A stretch of DNA of 32,000 bases, taken from positions 780,001 through 812,000 of the forward strand of contig MKSO01000001.1 of the NCBI GenBank assembly GCA_001897305.1, in the 5' to 3' direction. The notes beneath the pieces are model-generated. The model was given only the letters and a program-made list of their open reading frames with translations. It did not search any database and was not told the DNA's origin. Numbering within the stretch: the stretch's first letter is position 1; the number at the start of each line of letters is the position of its first letter. A program made the position numbers and the translations under genes. Shown in pieces: positions 1 to 7,060 of this stretch. Source of the stretch: Candidatus Saccharimonadota bacterium. Lineage in GTDB: Bacteria; Patescibacteriota; Saccharimonadia; Saccharimonadales; Saccharimonadaceae.

Positions 1-970
1 GGTCGTTGCCTTTGGCATATTTCTCGTATAATGGCAGCAAAATCTCATACACTTCGCGCGCAGTACGAGGCTTACCTCTATCAATCCCCTTGCTTAGCCC
101 GATGGCGAAATATCTCCAATAGCGTGCAGGTATGAGTGTCTTATCTAACGACAAACGCTCTACTGCATGGGCAAGACCTTCCTCAAAAGCCGACAGCTCT
201 TTTTGCTCATTCAGACTCTCCGGGTGTGGCGATGGATATTTTGCACGAACTACGTGAACGAGCTCGTGAAGCAGTATTGCTAACTTCTTTTTGGAGTCAG
301 TAGTATTAACGATTGAAGTCCCCAAAATAAGCCTTCGTGTTCGCGGGGCAACAAGACTAGAAGGACGCGTTTGGTCTTCGACCACGCGCCACCCCCTTCT
401 ATACATGCCTGTCCGCCTTAGGAATAAAGTCGCCGCTTGCGTAATAGAGTGTTTTTCGATAAGGCTAAGAAGCCTCCTGGAAACTGGCTTTATAAGCTTC
501 TTAAGCAGTAAGATATTCTCCGATAGATAGTCGTTTTCATCGACAGGAAAGTGAGACAAGGCCCCTTTTTGAGTGGTATCTACTATCCTTTTAAATACTT
601 CATCATCAAGTCCTCCGAATAGTTCTTCGTTGAGCGATTCAAAGCGTTCGGGGAGCTGGCCAGTCTCCCAGCTAGTTGCCTGACAAAGGAGTAGTTCGGT
701 CTCTATAAGCCTTTGATGTAAAAAGGCTTTTGCACGAACTAGGTGCGTTGCAGTAGCTTGATCCGCACGCTTAAGCATCACTAGCCGAGCTTGCAGAACC
801 TTCACTGACAAGTTCTCATAGGTAAAGTGAGGATCGATATTATTACCCGCTAAAAATAACGCTTCGAGTGTTTTTAAGTCCGCACTCTGACGCAAATAGT
901 ACCCGTAGGAACTCACGAATTGTTTCCTAAGCTTTAGATATTCTGCTCTATCCTGTGTATCTATTTTCAT
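1..970 (-). CDS. HExxH metallopeptidase-like protein, probable distant DUF1704/MATCAP-like paralogue of the upstream gene (C-terminus beyond window edge)
   Basis: Absent from the ORF track because it has no stop inside the window. Hand translation of the minus strand from ATG 970..968 (MKIDTQDRAEYLKLRKQFVSSYGYYLRQ...) stays open for 323 codons down to position 2. It contains LLHELVHVVR (HExxH) and, about 35 aa later, FEEGLAHAVE. The ATG overlaps the TGA of the upstream gene (ATGA at 967..970). Confidence 0.6.
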   Translation of the reverse strand, partial: MKIDTQDRAEYLKLRKQFVSSYGYYLRQSADLKTLEALFLAGNNIDPHFTYENLSVKVLQARLVMLKRADQATATHLVRAKAFLHQRLIETELLLCQATSWETGQLPERFESLNEELFGGLDDEVFKRIVDTTQKGALSHFPVDENDYLSENILLLKKLIKPVSRRLLSLIEKHSITQAATLFLRRTGMYRRGWRVVEDQTRPSSLVAPRTRRLILGTSIVNTTDSKKKLAILLHELVHVVRAKYPSPHPESLNEQKELSAFEEGLAHAVERLSLDKTLIPARYWRYFAIGLSKGIDRGKPRTAREVYEILLPLYEKYAKGND

Positions 971-2373
971 AATGTCGGCAGATTGTATTCTCGTAGAAGC
1001 GCATCGTGCTGCGGGTTGGTCGGATCGGTTTTAGATTGCTGAAAAAAGGCAAAAACTTCAGCCGGCGATTTGTCGGTCTCATTAATAACGTCGATAATTT
1101 TCGTCTTGCCCATCAGGTAACCCGCATTGCGCCTCAGGATATGGCCGGGCGGCATACCTCTATATATTCTGTAGACATGGTCAAAACTAGACTGTCGCGC
1201 TTTTTGCATCTCTCGTGACACATCTGTATCTTTCCCCGTTTTTAAACCCTGCAAAGTCATAGTACTAGTAATAAAGTCGTATGTCTCTTGTTCTGTATGC
1301 TTCTTCCCGTCATAGATACCATCAGCATAGGCAACTGCCATATATCTAAATACGTCACGGCCAGGGACCTCTGTTTTTTGTACACCCTTCCATAATATTT
1401 CCGCTACCATACCGGTTCCTTCCTGAACATCTGCAATACCAGGTAAAGAGGAAGACCCAAGTGCACCCGCCTCGATGTCTCTTGGGTTCTGTGTTGAAGC
1501 CATATGAATTTCCACCTCGTGCATCATGAGCTCTTCAAAACGCGCCCATGTTATTTGTACACTTCGATTCCCTGATTCAAGTACGTTCTTTCCAGCATTA
1601 ACGAAAAACCCAGTTCTTCGCGGGTTAGGCTCGCAGGTCCAGCCTTTATCAGTGAACCCGCGCAACTCTAAATAACGATTTGCTACTTGCACTAGATTAT
1701 CGTTTGAAATTTCCCCAAACTCACTCCGTAACAAATAAAAAGTTGGCGCATATTTTTCGTGAAGAAATTCGCTAAATTCTTTCAGCTTCTCTTCTTTGAT
1801 TCTTGGAAGCTCGCCTTCTAAATCTTCCACCCAGGGATATTGCTCTAGATACTGATTGGCAAATTCAACCGCCCGTACATTCGTTGGCTCAATACCCGTC
1901 CTTACCACGGCGACGCAAGATGCCGCCAATTCTTTATCAAGCTGTCCATAGAGTACTTCTTGACCTCGATCAATTTCGTTTGAATATATCGCCTTATGTC
2001 GGTCAGGCTCGTTAGGAGCTACCTTCAGCATCCTCGCTCCTTCTACGATAGATGCGGCTGCAAGTTCACCTTCGGCACGGAGCAAAGCAGCTCCGTCACC
2101 AGGCTTTGTGGGATACGTGCCAGATTCCGTTAAAATACCAAGTAATTCTTTAGCTGTCTTAGCCTTTTGTCTTGCTTGTCTCTCGGAAATTTCATCGAAT
2201 AACGGTATTTCACTGAATACACCTTGGTCAATCTCACCAGTTTCAATGGCTCGATCTTTTACCTGCTCCATTGTCGCTTTAGTAAGCTCAAAAGTACTCA
2301 CCGGACCCTTAAGAATACCTAGTGCAGGCTCTACTTCCTTTTTGTAAAAGTCTTGCGAAGATTCTATGGTCAT
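967..2373 (-). CDS. DUF1704 / MATCAP-like (tyrosine/phenylalanine carboxypeptidase family) metallopeptidase candidate
   Basis: 468-aa ORF. It has MMHEVEIHMAS (HExxxH) followed by DVQEGTGMVAE (QEG-type motif) and a C-terminal RNAGYLMGKTKI segment. As I recall it, this layout matches the QEGLA-motif DUF1704 family. Confidence 0.6.
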   Translation of the reverse strand: MTIESSQDFYKKEVEPALGILKGPVSTFELTKATMEQVKDRAIETGEIDQGVFSEIPLFDEISERQARQKAKTAKELLGILTESGTYPTKPGDGAALLRAEGELAAASIVEGARMLKVAPNEPDRHKAIYSNEIDRGQEVLYGQLDKELAASCVAVVRTGIEPTNVRAVEFANQYLEQYPWVEDLEGELPRIKEEKLKEFSEFLHEKYAPTFYLLRSEFGEISNDNLVQVANRYLELRGFTDKGWTCEPNPRRTGFFVNAGKNVLESGNRSVQITWARFEELMMHEVEIHMASTQNPRDIEAGALGSSSLPGIADVQEGTGMVAEILWKGVQKTEVPGRDVFRYMAVAYADGIYDGKKHTEQETYDFITSTMTLQGLKTGKDTDVSREMQKARQSSFDHVYRIYRGMPPGHILRRNAGYLMGKTKIIDVINETDKSPAEVFAFFQQSKTDPTNPQHDALLREYNLPTL

Positions 2374-2435
2374 ATGTTTGATATCTTTATTTTACTACTA
2401 CAGGCAGTAGGTACAGTATAACATCATTGTCGATG

Positions 2436-3521
2436 TTATTTTGAACGGCGCAAAGATTCTAAGATCTCTTTTTGTTTTCGACTTAGCTTAGTCGGCGTAT
2501 CCACCACAATACTCACAATATGTGGCCCGCGCTTATCTTCATTACGAAGGTGTGGTACGCCATGGCCCGATAGCTTAAAGTCGGTACCACTTTGTGTTCC
2601 AGCCGGAACCTTCATACGGACAGGACCATCAACGGTGAGGACATCGATTTCCGTCCCTAATGCGGCGTCAACCATTGAAACATGCTCCTCGGATAGGATA
2701 ATATCGCCTTCGCGAGTAAACTTTTTATCGGCCTTAACACGAATATGAATATATAGGTCGCCTTTTTCACCGCCACCAATTGCCTCGCCACGACCGGCCA
2801 AACGAATGGTTGCGCCGTCGTCGATACCGGCAGGAATTTTAACATTAATAGACTGTTTTTTGCGCTGCGTACCAGTACCATGACAGACGCTACAGACTTT
2901 TTCAGGGATTTTACCGGCACCGTGACAAGTTTCACAAGGAACTGTTTGTTGAATAGCACCAAACATAGTGTTCATGACACGAGTTTGTTGGCCGGCACCA
3001 TGGCAGGTTGGACAGGTTTTCATTTCGTAACCAGGCTCGACCGTCGTACCATGGCAGTGTTCGCAGGTATCTTCAAGGTCAAGGCTCATTTCGTGTTCTA
3101 GGCCAAAGATCGCTTCTTCAAAGGTAAGCTGTAGCTGTACTTCCACATCGCGGCCTTTTTTAGGACCGCGCTGTTGACTGCGACCACCACCGAAGAACTG
3201 GTCGAAGATATCGCCAAAGCCACCACCGAAATCGAAGTTTACGTTTTGACCACCAAAGCCTTCAAATGGGTTAGCGCCAGGCTGGCCGCCATTTCCAGTT
3301 GCACCACCTACGCCAGCATGGCCAAATTGGTCATAACGCTGCCGTTTTTGGGCATCCTTTAATACATCGTAGGCTTCGTTAATTTCTTTGAATTTCTCTT
3401 CATTTCCACCCTCTTTATCTGGGTGATGTTGGACCGCTAGCCTTCGGAAGGCCTTCTTAATTTCATCCGCTGAAGCGGTTTTTGACACGCCTAATATTTC
3501 GTAATAATCACGCTGACTCAT
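2436..3521 (-). CDS. dnaJ: Molecular chaperone DnaJ
   Basis: J domain (DYYEILGV...HHPDK), G/F-rich linker, and four CxxCxGxG zinc-finger repeats ([32 protein letters not shown]). A CIRCE lies immediately upstream. Confidence 0.97.
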   Translation of the reverse strand: MSQRDYYEILGVSKTASADEIKKAFRRLAVQHHPDKEGGNEEKFKEINEAYDVLKDAQKRQRYDQFGHAGVGGATGNGGQPGANPFEGFGGQNVNFDFGGGFGDIFDQFFGGGRSQQRGPKKGRDVEVQLQLTFEEAIFGLEHEMSLDLEDTCEHCHGTTVEPGYEMKTCPTCHGAGQQTRVMNTMFGAIQQTVPCETCHGAGKIPEKVCSVCHGTGTQRKKQSINVKIPAGIDDGATIRLAGRGEAIGGGEKGDLYIHIRVKADKKFTREGDIILSEEHVSMVDAALGTEIDVLTVDGPVRMKVPAGTQSGTDFKLSGHGVPHLRNEDKRGPHIVSIVVDTPTKLSRKQKEILESLRRSK

Positions 3522-3531
3522 ATCTGTATAT

Positions 3532-3560
3532 AGTATACGGTTTTAGCACTCAAATGTCTA
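3532..3560 (-). promoter_or_regulatory. dnaJ promoter, TAGACA-17-TATACT
   Basis: The -35 hexamer (3555..3560) lies inside the CIRCE spacer. The -10 box (3532..3537) ends 10 nt before the ATG. No SD is visible. Confidence 0.5.
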
Positions 3561-3569
3561 GAGTGCTAA
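3543..3569 (-). promoter_or_regulatory. CIRCE operator (HrcA binding site) of dnaJ
   Basis: Perfect TTAGCACTC-N9-GAGTGCTAA. The plus-strand spacer is AAATGTCTA. Confidence 0.93.
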
Positions 3570-3576
3570 ATTAAAA

Positions 3577-3599
3577 ATAACCCCCTTTGTGGAGGTTAT
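3577..3599 (-). terminator. Intrinsic terminator after the GlsB-family gene
   Basis: ATAACCCCC/GGAGGTTAT hairpin with one mismatch, flanked by A and T runs. Confidence 0.6.
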
Positions 3600-3616
3600 T
3601 TTTAATTACTAAGGTA

Positions 3617-3889
3617 TTAGGCTGCGTTTTTGCGGCCAGTAATTGCCTTCCAAATGAAGAGAACAATTATTGCACCGACAAGAGCAACGAAGAAGCTCCA
3701 AATATTAAAGCCGGTAAAACCACTTCCGCCGAGAAGGCCAAATACAAACCCTCCCACTAAAGCACCGATGATACCTACAACTATGTTACCGAGTAAGCCC
3801 TGACTCTTATTAGTGCCCGCAACCATTGAGGCTACCCAGCCCGCTAGGCCACCGACGACTACCCAAGTAATAATTTCCCAAAATCCCAT
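3617..3889 (-). CDS. GlsB/YeaQ/YmgE family (transglycosylase-associated) small stress membrane protein
   Basis: 90 aa, glycine-rich with 3 TM segments: WVVVGGLAGWVA...GNIVVGIIGALVGGFVFGLLG. Strong SD AAGGAGG sits 6 nt before the ATG, and a terminator hairpin follows the stop. Confidence 0.85.
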   Translation of the reverse strand: MGFWEIITWVVVGGLAGWVASMVAGTNKSQGLLGNIVVGIIGALVGGFVFGLLGGSGFTGFNIWSFFVALVGAIIVLFIWKAITGRKNAA

Positions 3890-3949
3890 ACTGTCCCTCC
3901 TTAAAGTTCGTTTATGTATTTCTTATTATACGCCAATTTTATACAAAGG

Positions 3950-3955
3950 TATAAT
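3950..3955 (+). promoter_or_regulatory. -10 box TATAAT, 6 nt before ATG 3962 (leaderless-type)
   Basis: Read directly from the sequence. No SD is present. Confidence 0.45.
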
Positions 3956-3961
3956 AAAACC

Positions 3962-4186
3962 ATGACCCGACCGAGGCGCACCAATGCATTAAGTGAACAT
4001 AAAGTGTATCGCCTTGAGCTTGCTTGCGACAGCAAGCGCTTCTTTAAAACCGAAGCTGAAGCCCTCGATGCTGCCGATATTCGTATGCTCGAAAATATGA
4101 GTGTCACTATTGGCGTATACCAATGCCCGACTTGTCACTATTGGCACCTCACCAGCCTTAAACCGAACCAAAGAGAAGTGCAGTAA
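3962..4186 (+). CDS. Small hypothetical protein with C-terminal CxxC...WH motif (74 aa)
   Basis: The track ORF is 3914..4186. I prefer ATG 3962 (MTRPRRTNAL...) because TATAAT at 3950..3955 lies 6 nt upstream, matching the leaderless pattern seen across the window. The C-terminus reads YQCPTCHYWHLTS. Confidence 0.5.
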   Translation: MTRPRRTNALSEHKVYRLELACDSKRFFKTEAEALDAADIRMLENMSVTIGVYQCPTCHYWHLTSLKPNQREVQ

Positions 4187-4198
4187 GCACGAGCAACA

Positions 4199-4207
4199 TG
4201 CTATACT
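4199..4207 (+). promoter_or_regulatory. Extended -10 TGcTATACT, 7 nt before ATG 4215 (leaderless-type)
   Basis: Read directly from the sequence. No SD is present. Confidence 0.5.
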
Positions 4208-4214
4208 TACCTCA

Positions 4215-5333
4215 ATGAAACCACTTATTCGAGCCGCCGGCGCAACCTTTGGCCTACTACGCGCGGAATACCGCGAAATCGCCAACCGTTATTTTGTTGG
4301 AATCGAACGCTTTCACGGCAATGCCCGAGACATTTCGCAGCAAGTACTAAGCCGGCTGTGGGTGGGTGATTTTTACCGCACCAGTTTAGGTCATTTTAAT
4401 TTTTTCTGGATGCGCGACTTCGGTACCGTTGCTGAAGCCCTCGTTCATTTAAACCAAACTACCCGAGTACACCACACATTGCGCTGGGCTTTGCGTCATT
4501 ACCAACGTGCCGGCCGGGTGAAATTATGTATCGATAAAGCCGGTAATGTGTTTAATGCTCCAGGCAAGCCTAGTATCGACGCCCTTCCCTGGCTTCTCCA
4601 TTCTATTTACGTCAGCGACTACAAGCTTACTCGGCGCGAGATTGCCTTTTTAAGCCACGAACTCAGCCGATTTGTAGATGCTTTCCTTACCGAGACAGGC
4701 GATATTCGTAAAGGTACCCGCTACGCAGAAATGCGCGATGCCGTCTATTACGACCGATCGGCTTATGCCCTTGGGCTCGTCGGAAGAATGGCCTACTGCG
4801 CAAAAAAGCTTGGCCTCAACGCTTTTCCGTTCGAGCCGTCTGTCTATAAAGAATTACTCATGTTTCATTACTGGAACGGATCATATTTTAAGGCCGATCG
4901 AGCAAGCGATACCTACAGCTCGGACAGTGCCCTTGTCCCTCTTTACTTAAAGGTAATCGAAGACAAAGAACTTATCGGGAAAACGCTCGACTATATAAAC
5001 GAGAGAAAACTCAACCAACCCTACCCACTCCGCTACGGTGAAGTGCCAAAGAAAAAGCTTCGTTATCGCTTTGGCATGGGACCAATTTCGATGCCTAACT
5101 ATACCGAGACATCCATCTGGACGTGGCACGCCACTTTTTACTTGCACCTATTAAAACGTCTAAATCGAGACGAGTACAGTCAACAATATCATCATTTTTG
5201 TAAGCTTATTGAACGACATGGTACCTACCCAGAGCTGGTGGCGCCTAATGGTTCATGGTATTTTGCGCCTTTTTACAAGGCTGACCCTGGTATGGTGTGG
5301 GCGGCTCTCTTCCTGGAATTGCCCGAAGCCTAA
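4215..5333 (+). CDS. Putative (alpha/alpha)6-barrel glycoside-hydrolase-like protein
   Basis: The track ORF is 4101..5333. I prefer ATG 4215 (MKPLIRAAG...) because TGcTATACT at 4199..4207 lies 7 nt upstream and the longer start would overlap the preceding ORF. FFWMRDFG, ALPWLL, YWNGSYF and TSIWTWHATFY resemble GDE_C/GH15/GH63-type folds. The family assignment is weak. Confidence 0.55.
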   Translation: MKPLIRAAGATFGLLRAEYREIANRYFVGIERFHGNARDISQQVLSRLWVGDFYRTSLGHFNFFWMRDFGTVAEALVHLNQTTRVHHTLRWALRHYQRAGRVKLCIDKAGNVFNAPGKPSIDALPWLLHSIYVSDYKLTRREIAFLSHELSRFVDAFLTETGDIRKGTRYAEMRDAVYYDRSAYALGLVGRMAYCAKKLGLNAFPFEPSVYKELLMFHYWNGSYFKADRASDTYSSDSALVPLYLKVIEDKELIGKTLDYINERKLNQPYPLRYGEVPKKKLRYRFGMGPISMPNYTETSIWTWHATFYLHLLKRLNRDEYSQQYHHFCKLIERHGTYPELVAPNGSWYFAPFYKADPGMVWAALFLELPEA

Positions 5334-5342
5334 AAAGGATGA

Positions 5343-5374
5343 GCCCCGCGCCGACTGTAGAGTCGACACGGGGC
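5343..5374 (-). terminator. Intrinsic terminator after the GNAT gene, between convergent genes
   Basis: GCCCCG...CGGGGC outer stem plus CGAC/GTCG inner stem. On the minus strand it is followed by TCCTTTTT. Confidence 0.6.
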
Positions 5375-5386
5375 ATTGTAGAAGTG

Positions 5387-6091
5387 TTATAGCAGCTCTA
5401 CAAACTGCTCGGCCCAGGCCATGGCTTCCTTAGTGCGCCGACGTGCCGCTTGGGTTGCTCGAGACGGACGGTCGCCGTGCCACCACTGCGACCAAAACAA
5501 ATCGAGCGGGTTGAGGCACTCCAAGCAGTCCATGTGCTCTAGCTGCCCACCGCTGTATTGTTCGTTGCGCTCGGTGTAAACCAACTGGTAACCGCTGCGT
5601 TCGAGTGCCTTGCGACTACCACCATTGGCCTGAATAACCGCCGACTTCAACCGGTGAAGACCGAGGTGCTGAAAGGCAAACCAGGTACGTGCCTTGTGGG
5701 CCGCACTGGCAATACCCTTCCCCCAGTACTCCTTGTTGAAAATCATCGAGCCAGTCGTCGCTTGGCGGATGAACCCAGAGTGACCCTCCTGACCGATATC
5801 GACGATGGCCGAGTTTCCGATCAGAAGCCGACCCTCGTCGGTAATCACCCAGATCCCCCAAATCAGGGAATCCTTCTCTTGCCGGACGCGCTCGTACCAT
5901 TCGTGCTCGTCTTCCAGTACCGGGGCACCGCTGCGCCCCATGTACCGGCCGACCGTGAAGCGCTGCATCCCTCCCCCGTGCTTGGCGTCAATGAACTCCG
6001 CCATCGCTTCCTTGGTGAGTGGGGCCAGCTCGATCGTCAGCGCTTCATCGTCACGTTCGACGGCAAAGCGCATAATGGGACCAAATGCCAT
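5387..6091 (-). CDS. GNAT family N-acetyltransferase (RimJ/RimL-like)
   Basis: The acetyl-CoA-binding core reads KEYWGKGIASAAHKARTWFAFQHLGLHRLKSAVIQANGGSRKALERSGYQ. SD GGAGAGGA precedes the ATG. The GC content is much higher than in neighbouring DNA. Confidence 0.85.
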   Translation of the reverse strand: MAFGPIMRFAVERDDEALTIELAPLTKEAMAEFIDAKHGGGMQRFTVGRYMGRSGAPVLEDEHEWYERVRQEKDSLIWGIWVITDEGRLLIGNSAIVDIGQEGHSGFIRQATTGSMIFNKEYWGKGIASAAHKARTWFAFQHLGLHRLKSAVIQANGGSRKALERSGYQLVYTERNEQYSGGQLEHMDCLECLNPLDLFWSQWWHGDRPSRATQAARRRTKEAMAWAEQFVELL

Positions 6092-6197
6092 GATCCTCTC
6101 CTTTCTCCCGTGGTGGGCTTTCCACCTACGGGTCTACGGTCTCGTATTTCGAGACCAGATGAGCCTCCAATAGTGGGTTATTTCTTTTAAAATGAGA

Positions 6198-6218
6198 AAG
6201 CCTCCAACTTGGAGGCTT
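6198..6218 (-). terminator. Intrinsic terminator after the 42-codon ORF / membrane-protein gene
   Basis: AAGCCTCCA-act-TGGAGGCTT perfect stem. On the minus strand it is followed by TCTCATTTTAAAAG. Confidence 0.6.
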
Positions 6219-6242
6219 ATCTTGTGTCAAAATGTCGTTACT

Positions 6243-6371
6243 TTAAGAGTACAGATAAGCCATGCCATTGCTATAGGTGCCTTTACCAAGGACCATAGAA
6301 CCAACACCAGCAACGCCGCCATTACGTGGGGCAAAAGTAGGTTGAAAATGGCATGAATGTATTCTGTTCAT
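6243..6371 (-). CDS. Candidate 42-aa glycine-rich small protein (MNRIHSCHFQPTFAPRNGGVAGVGSMVLGKGTYSNGMAYLYS)
   Basis: Below the ORF-track size cutoff; translated by hand. It is bracketed by TTGACA-16-TATTGT ending 6 nt before the ATG and by a 9-bp terminator hairpin at 6198..6218. Confidence 0.35.
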   Translation of the reverse strand: MNRIHSCHFQPTFAPRNGGVAGVGSMVLGKGTYSNGMAYLYS

Positions 6372-6377
6372 ATCTTT

Positions 6378-6405
6378 ACAATAATACATATATAATATAT
6401 GTCAA
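6378..6405 (-). promoter_or_regulatory. TTGACA-16-TATTGT promoter, -10 ends 6 nt before ATG 6371 of the 42-codon ORF
   Basis: A consensus -35 (6400..6405) overlaps the TGA of the upstream membrane-protein gene. Confidence 0.45.
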
Positions 6406-6986
6406 GCTTTATGTTGTTTTGCGGGTTGTCGAATAGTCAAAATAGTAAGCAATAGTTGAATAGTAAATAAATACAGCACAAAAGCACTGGATTCAAAACT
6501 CCAACTATGAAGCGCCAGTAAGCTTATGCCAAACCCGACCGTACTAATAGCGTAGGCGCGCCAACTTTCAGTTTCAGGATGGCGAAAAGATTTAATAATT
6601 GTTGGCAAGCTAGCCAGTAAGTCTGCCGCGAGAGCGATTAAAATTGCTAAGTTTGGGTCGTTTGTGACCACCCAAACCGCCATAGCAAGCAGTGCGGAAG
6701 CCATTAATACGTAGTCTAGTGGACGTGTCTTCCAGTAAGCCTTTTTGTTTAAGAATGAGGCAGCCACTACTAAAAGAGGCGTGGCGCCGGCCGCAAAACT
6801 AACCCAAGAGATGCCTTCAACGCCCTGGGCGCGTTGTGCTATAAACGTAATCATAGGGAAAAGCCCCCACAATAACCATGTCACTCGATTAGGCTTTGCT
6901 TTGCCAATAATTGTTTCGTACAAATAATAAAGCCCACCGAGAGAGGCAATAATAGCCCCAATAATCGCAAAGTAGTCAGGTAACAT
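6402..6986 (-). CDS. Integral membrane protein, about 6 TM, unknown function
   Basis: 194-aa hydrophobic ORF (IIGAIIASLGGLYYLY...KPNRVTWLLWGLFPMITF...) in low-GC DNA. TGcTATACT lies 7 nt upstream of the ATG. Confidence 0.75.
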   Translation of the reverse strand: MLPDYFAIIGAIIASLGGLYYLYETIIGKAKPNRVTWLLWGLFPMITFIAQRAQGVEGISWVSFAAGATPLLVVAASFLNKKAYWKTRPLDYVLMASALLAMAVWVVTNDPNLAILIALAADLLASLPTIIKSFRHPETESWRAYAISTVGFGISLLALHSWSFESSAFVLYLFTIQLLLTILTIRQPAKQHKA

Positions 6987-6993
6987 CTGGGTC

Positions 6994-7002
6994 AGTATAG
7001 CA
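6994..7002 (-). promoter_or_regulatory. Extended -10 TGcTATACT, 7 nt before ATG 6986 (leaderless-type)
   Basis: Read directly from the sequence. No SD is present. Confidence 0.5.
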
Positions 7003-7023
7003 TCCCTTCAGATATGAAGATAG

Positions 7024-7043
7024 CCGCACCCCGAGGGGTACGG
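7024..7043 (-). terminator. GC-rich hairpin after the CDP-alcohol phosphatidyltransferase gene
   Basis: CCGCACCCC-GA-GGGGTACGG with one mismatch. The U tract is weak. Confidence 0.4.
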
Positions 7044-7060
7044 CCAGAGCTTCACACTGC

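Noticed and set aside
291-530. 79-aa plus-strand ORF at the left edge
   Set aside because: It is antisense to a 323-codon open minus-strand frame with metallopeptidase motifs, and it starts at a non-ATG codon without SD or a -10 box.
2418-2439. Hairpin ATAACATC-attgtc-GATGTTAT overlapping the dnaJ stop codon, as a dnaJ terminator
   Set aside because: On the minus strand (the dnaJ direction) no U tract follows it. The T run is on the plus strand, where there is no upstream gene. It is probably incidental or only a weak pause or stability element.
3914-4214. Longer N-terminal extensions offered by the ORF track for the small CxxC protein (3914) and the GH-like protein (4101)
   Set aside because: The extensions would place the -10 boxes inside the coding sequence and make the two genes overlap by 86 nt. 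The extension peptides look non-protein-like. The internal ATGs fit the recurrent -10/start geometry.
5558-6190. 210-aa, 122-aa and 94-aa ORFs overlapping the GNAT gene in other frames
   Set aside because: They are artefacts of high GC content, which leaves few stop codons. They have no recognisable motifs, whereas the 5387..6091 minus frame has a complete GNAT core.
6243-6371. Reading the 42-aa peptide as a double-glycine-leader bacteriocin precursor (cleavage after ...PRNGG)
   Set aside because: The 19 residues before the GG do not resemble the conserved double-glycine leader consensus. No ABC transporter with a C39 peptidase and no immunity gene lies nearby. The peptide is kept only as an unclassified small ORF.
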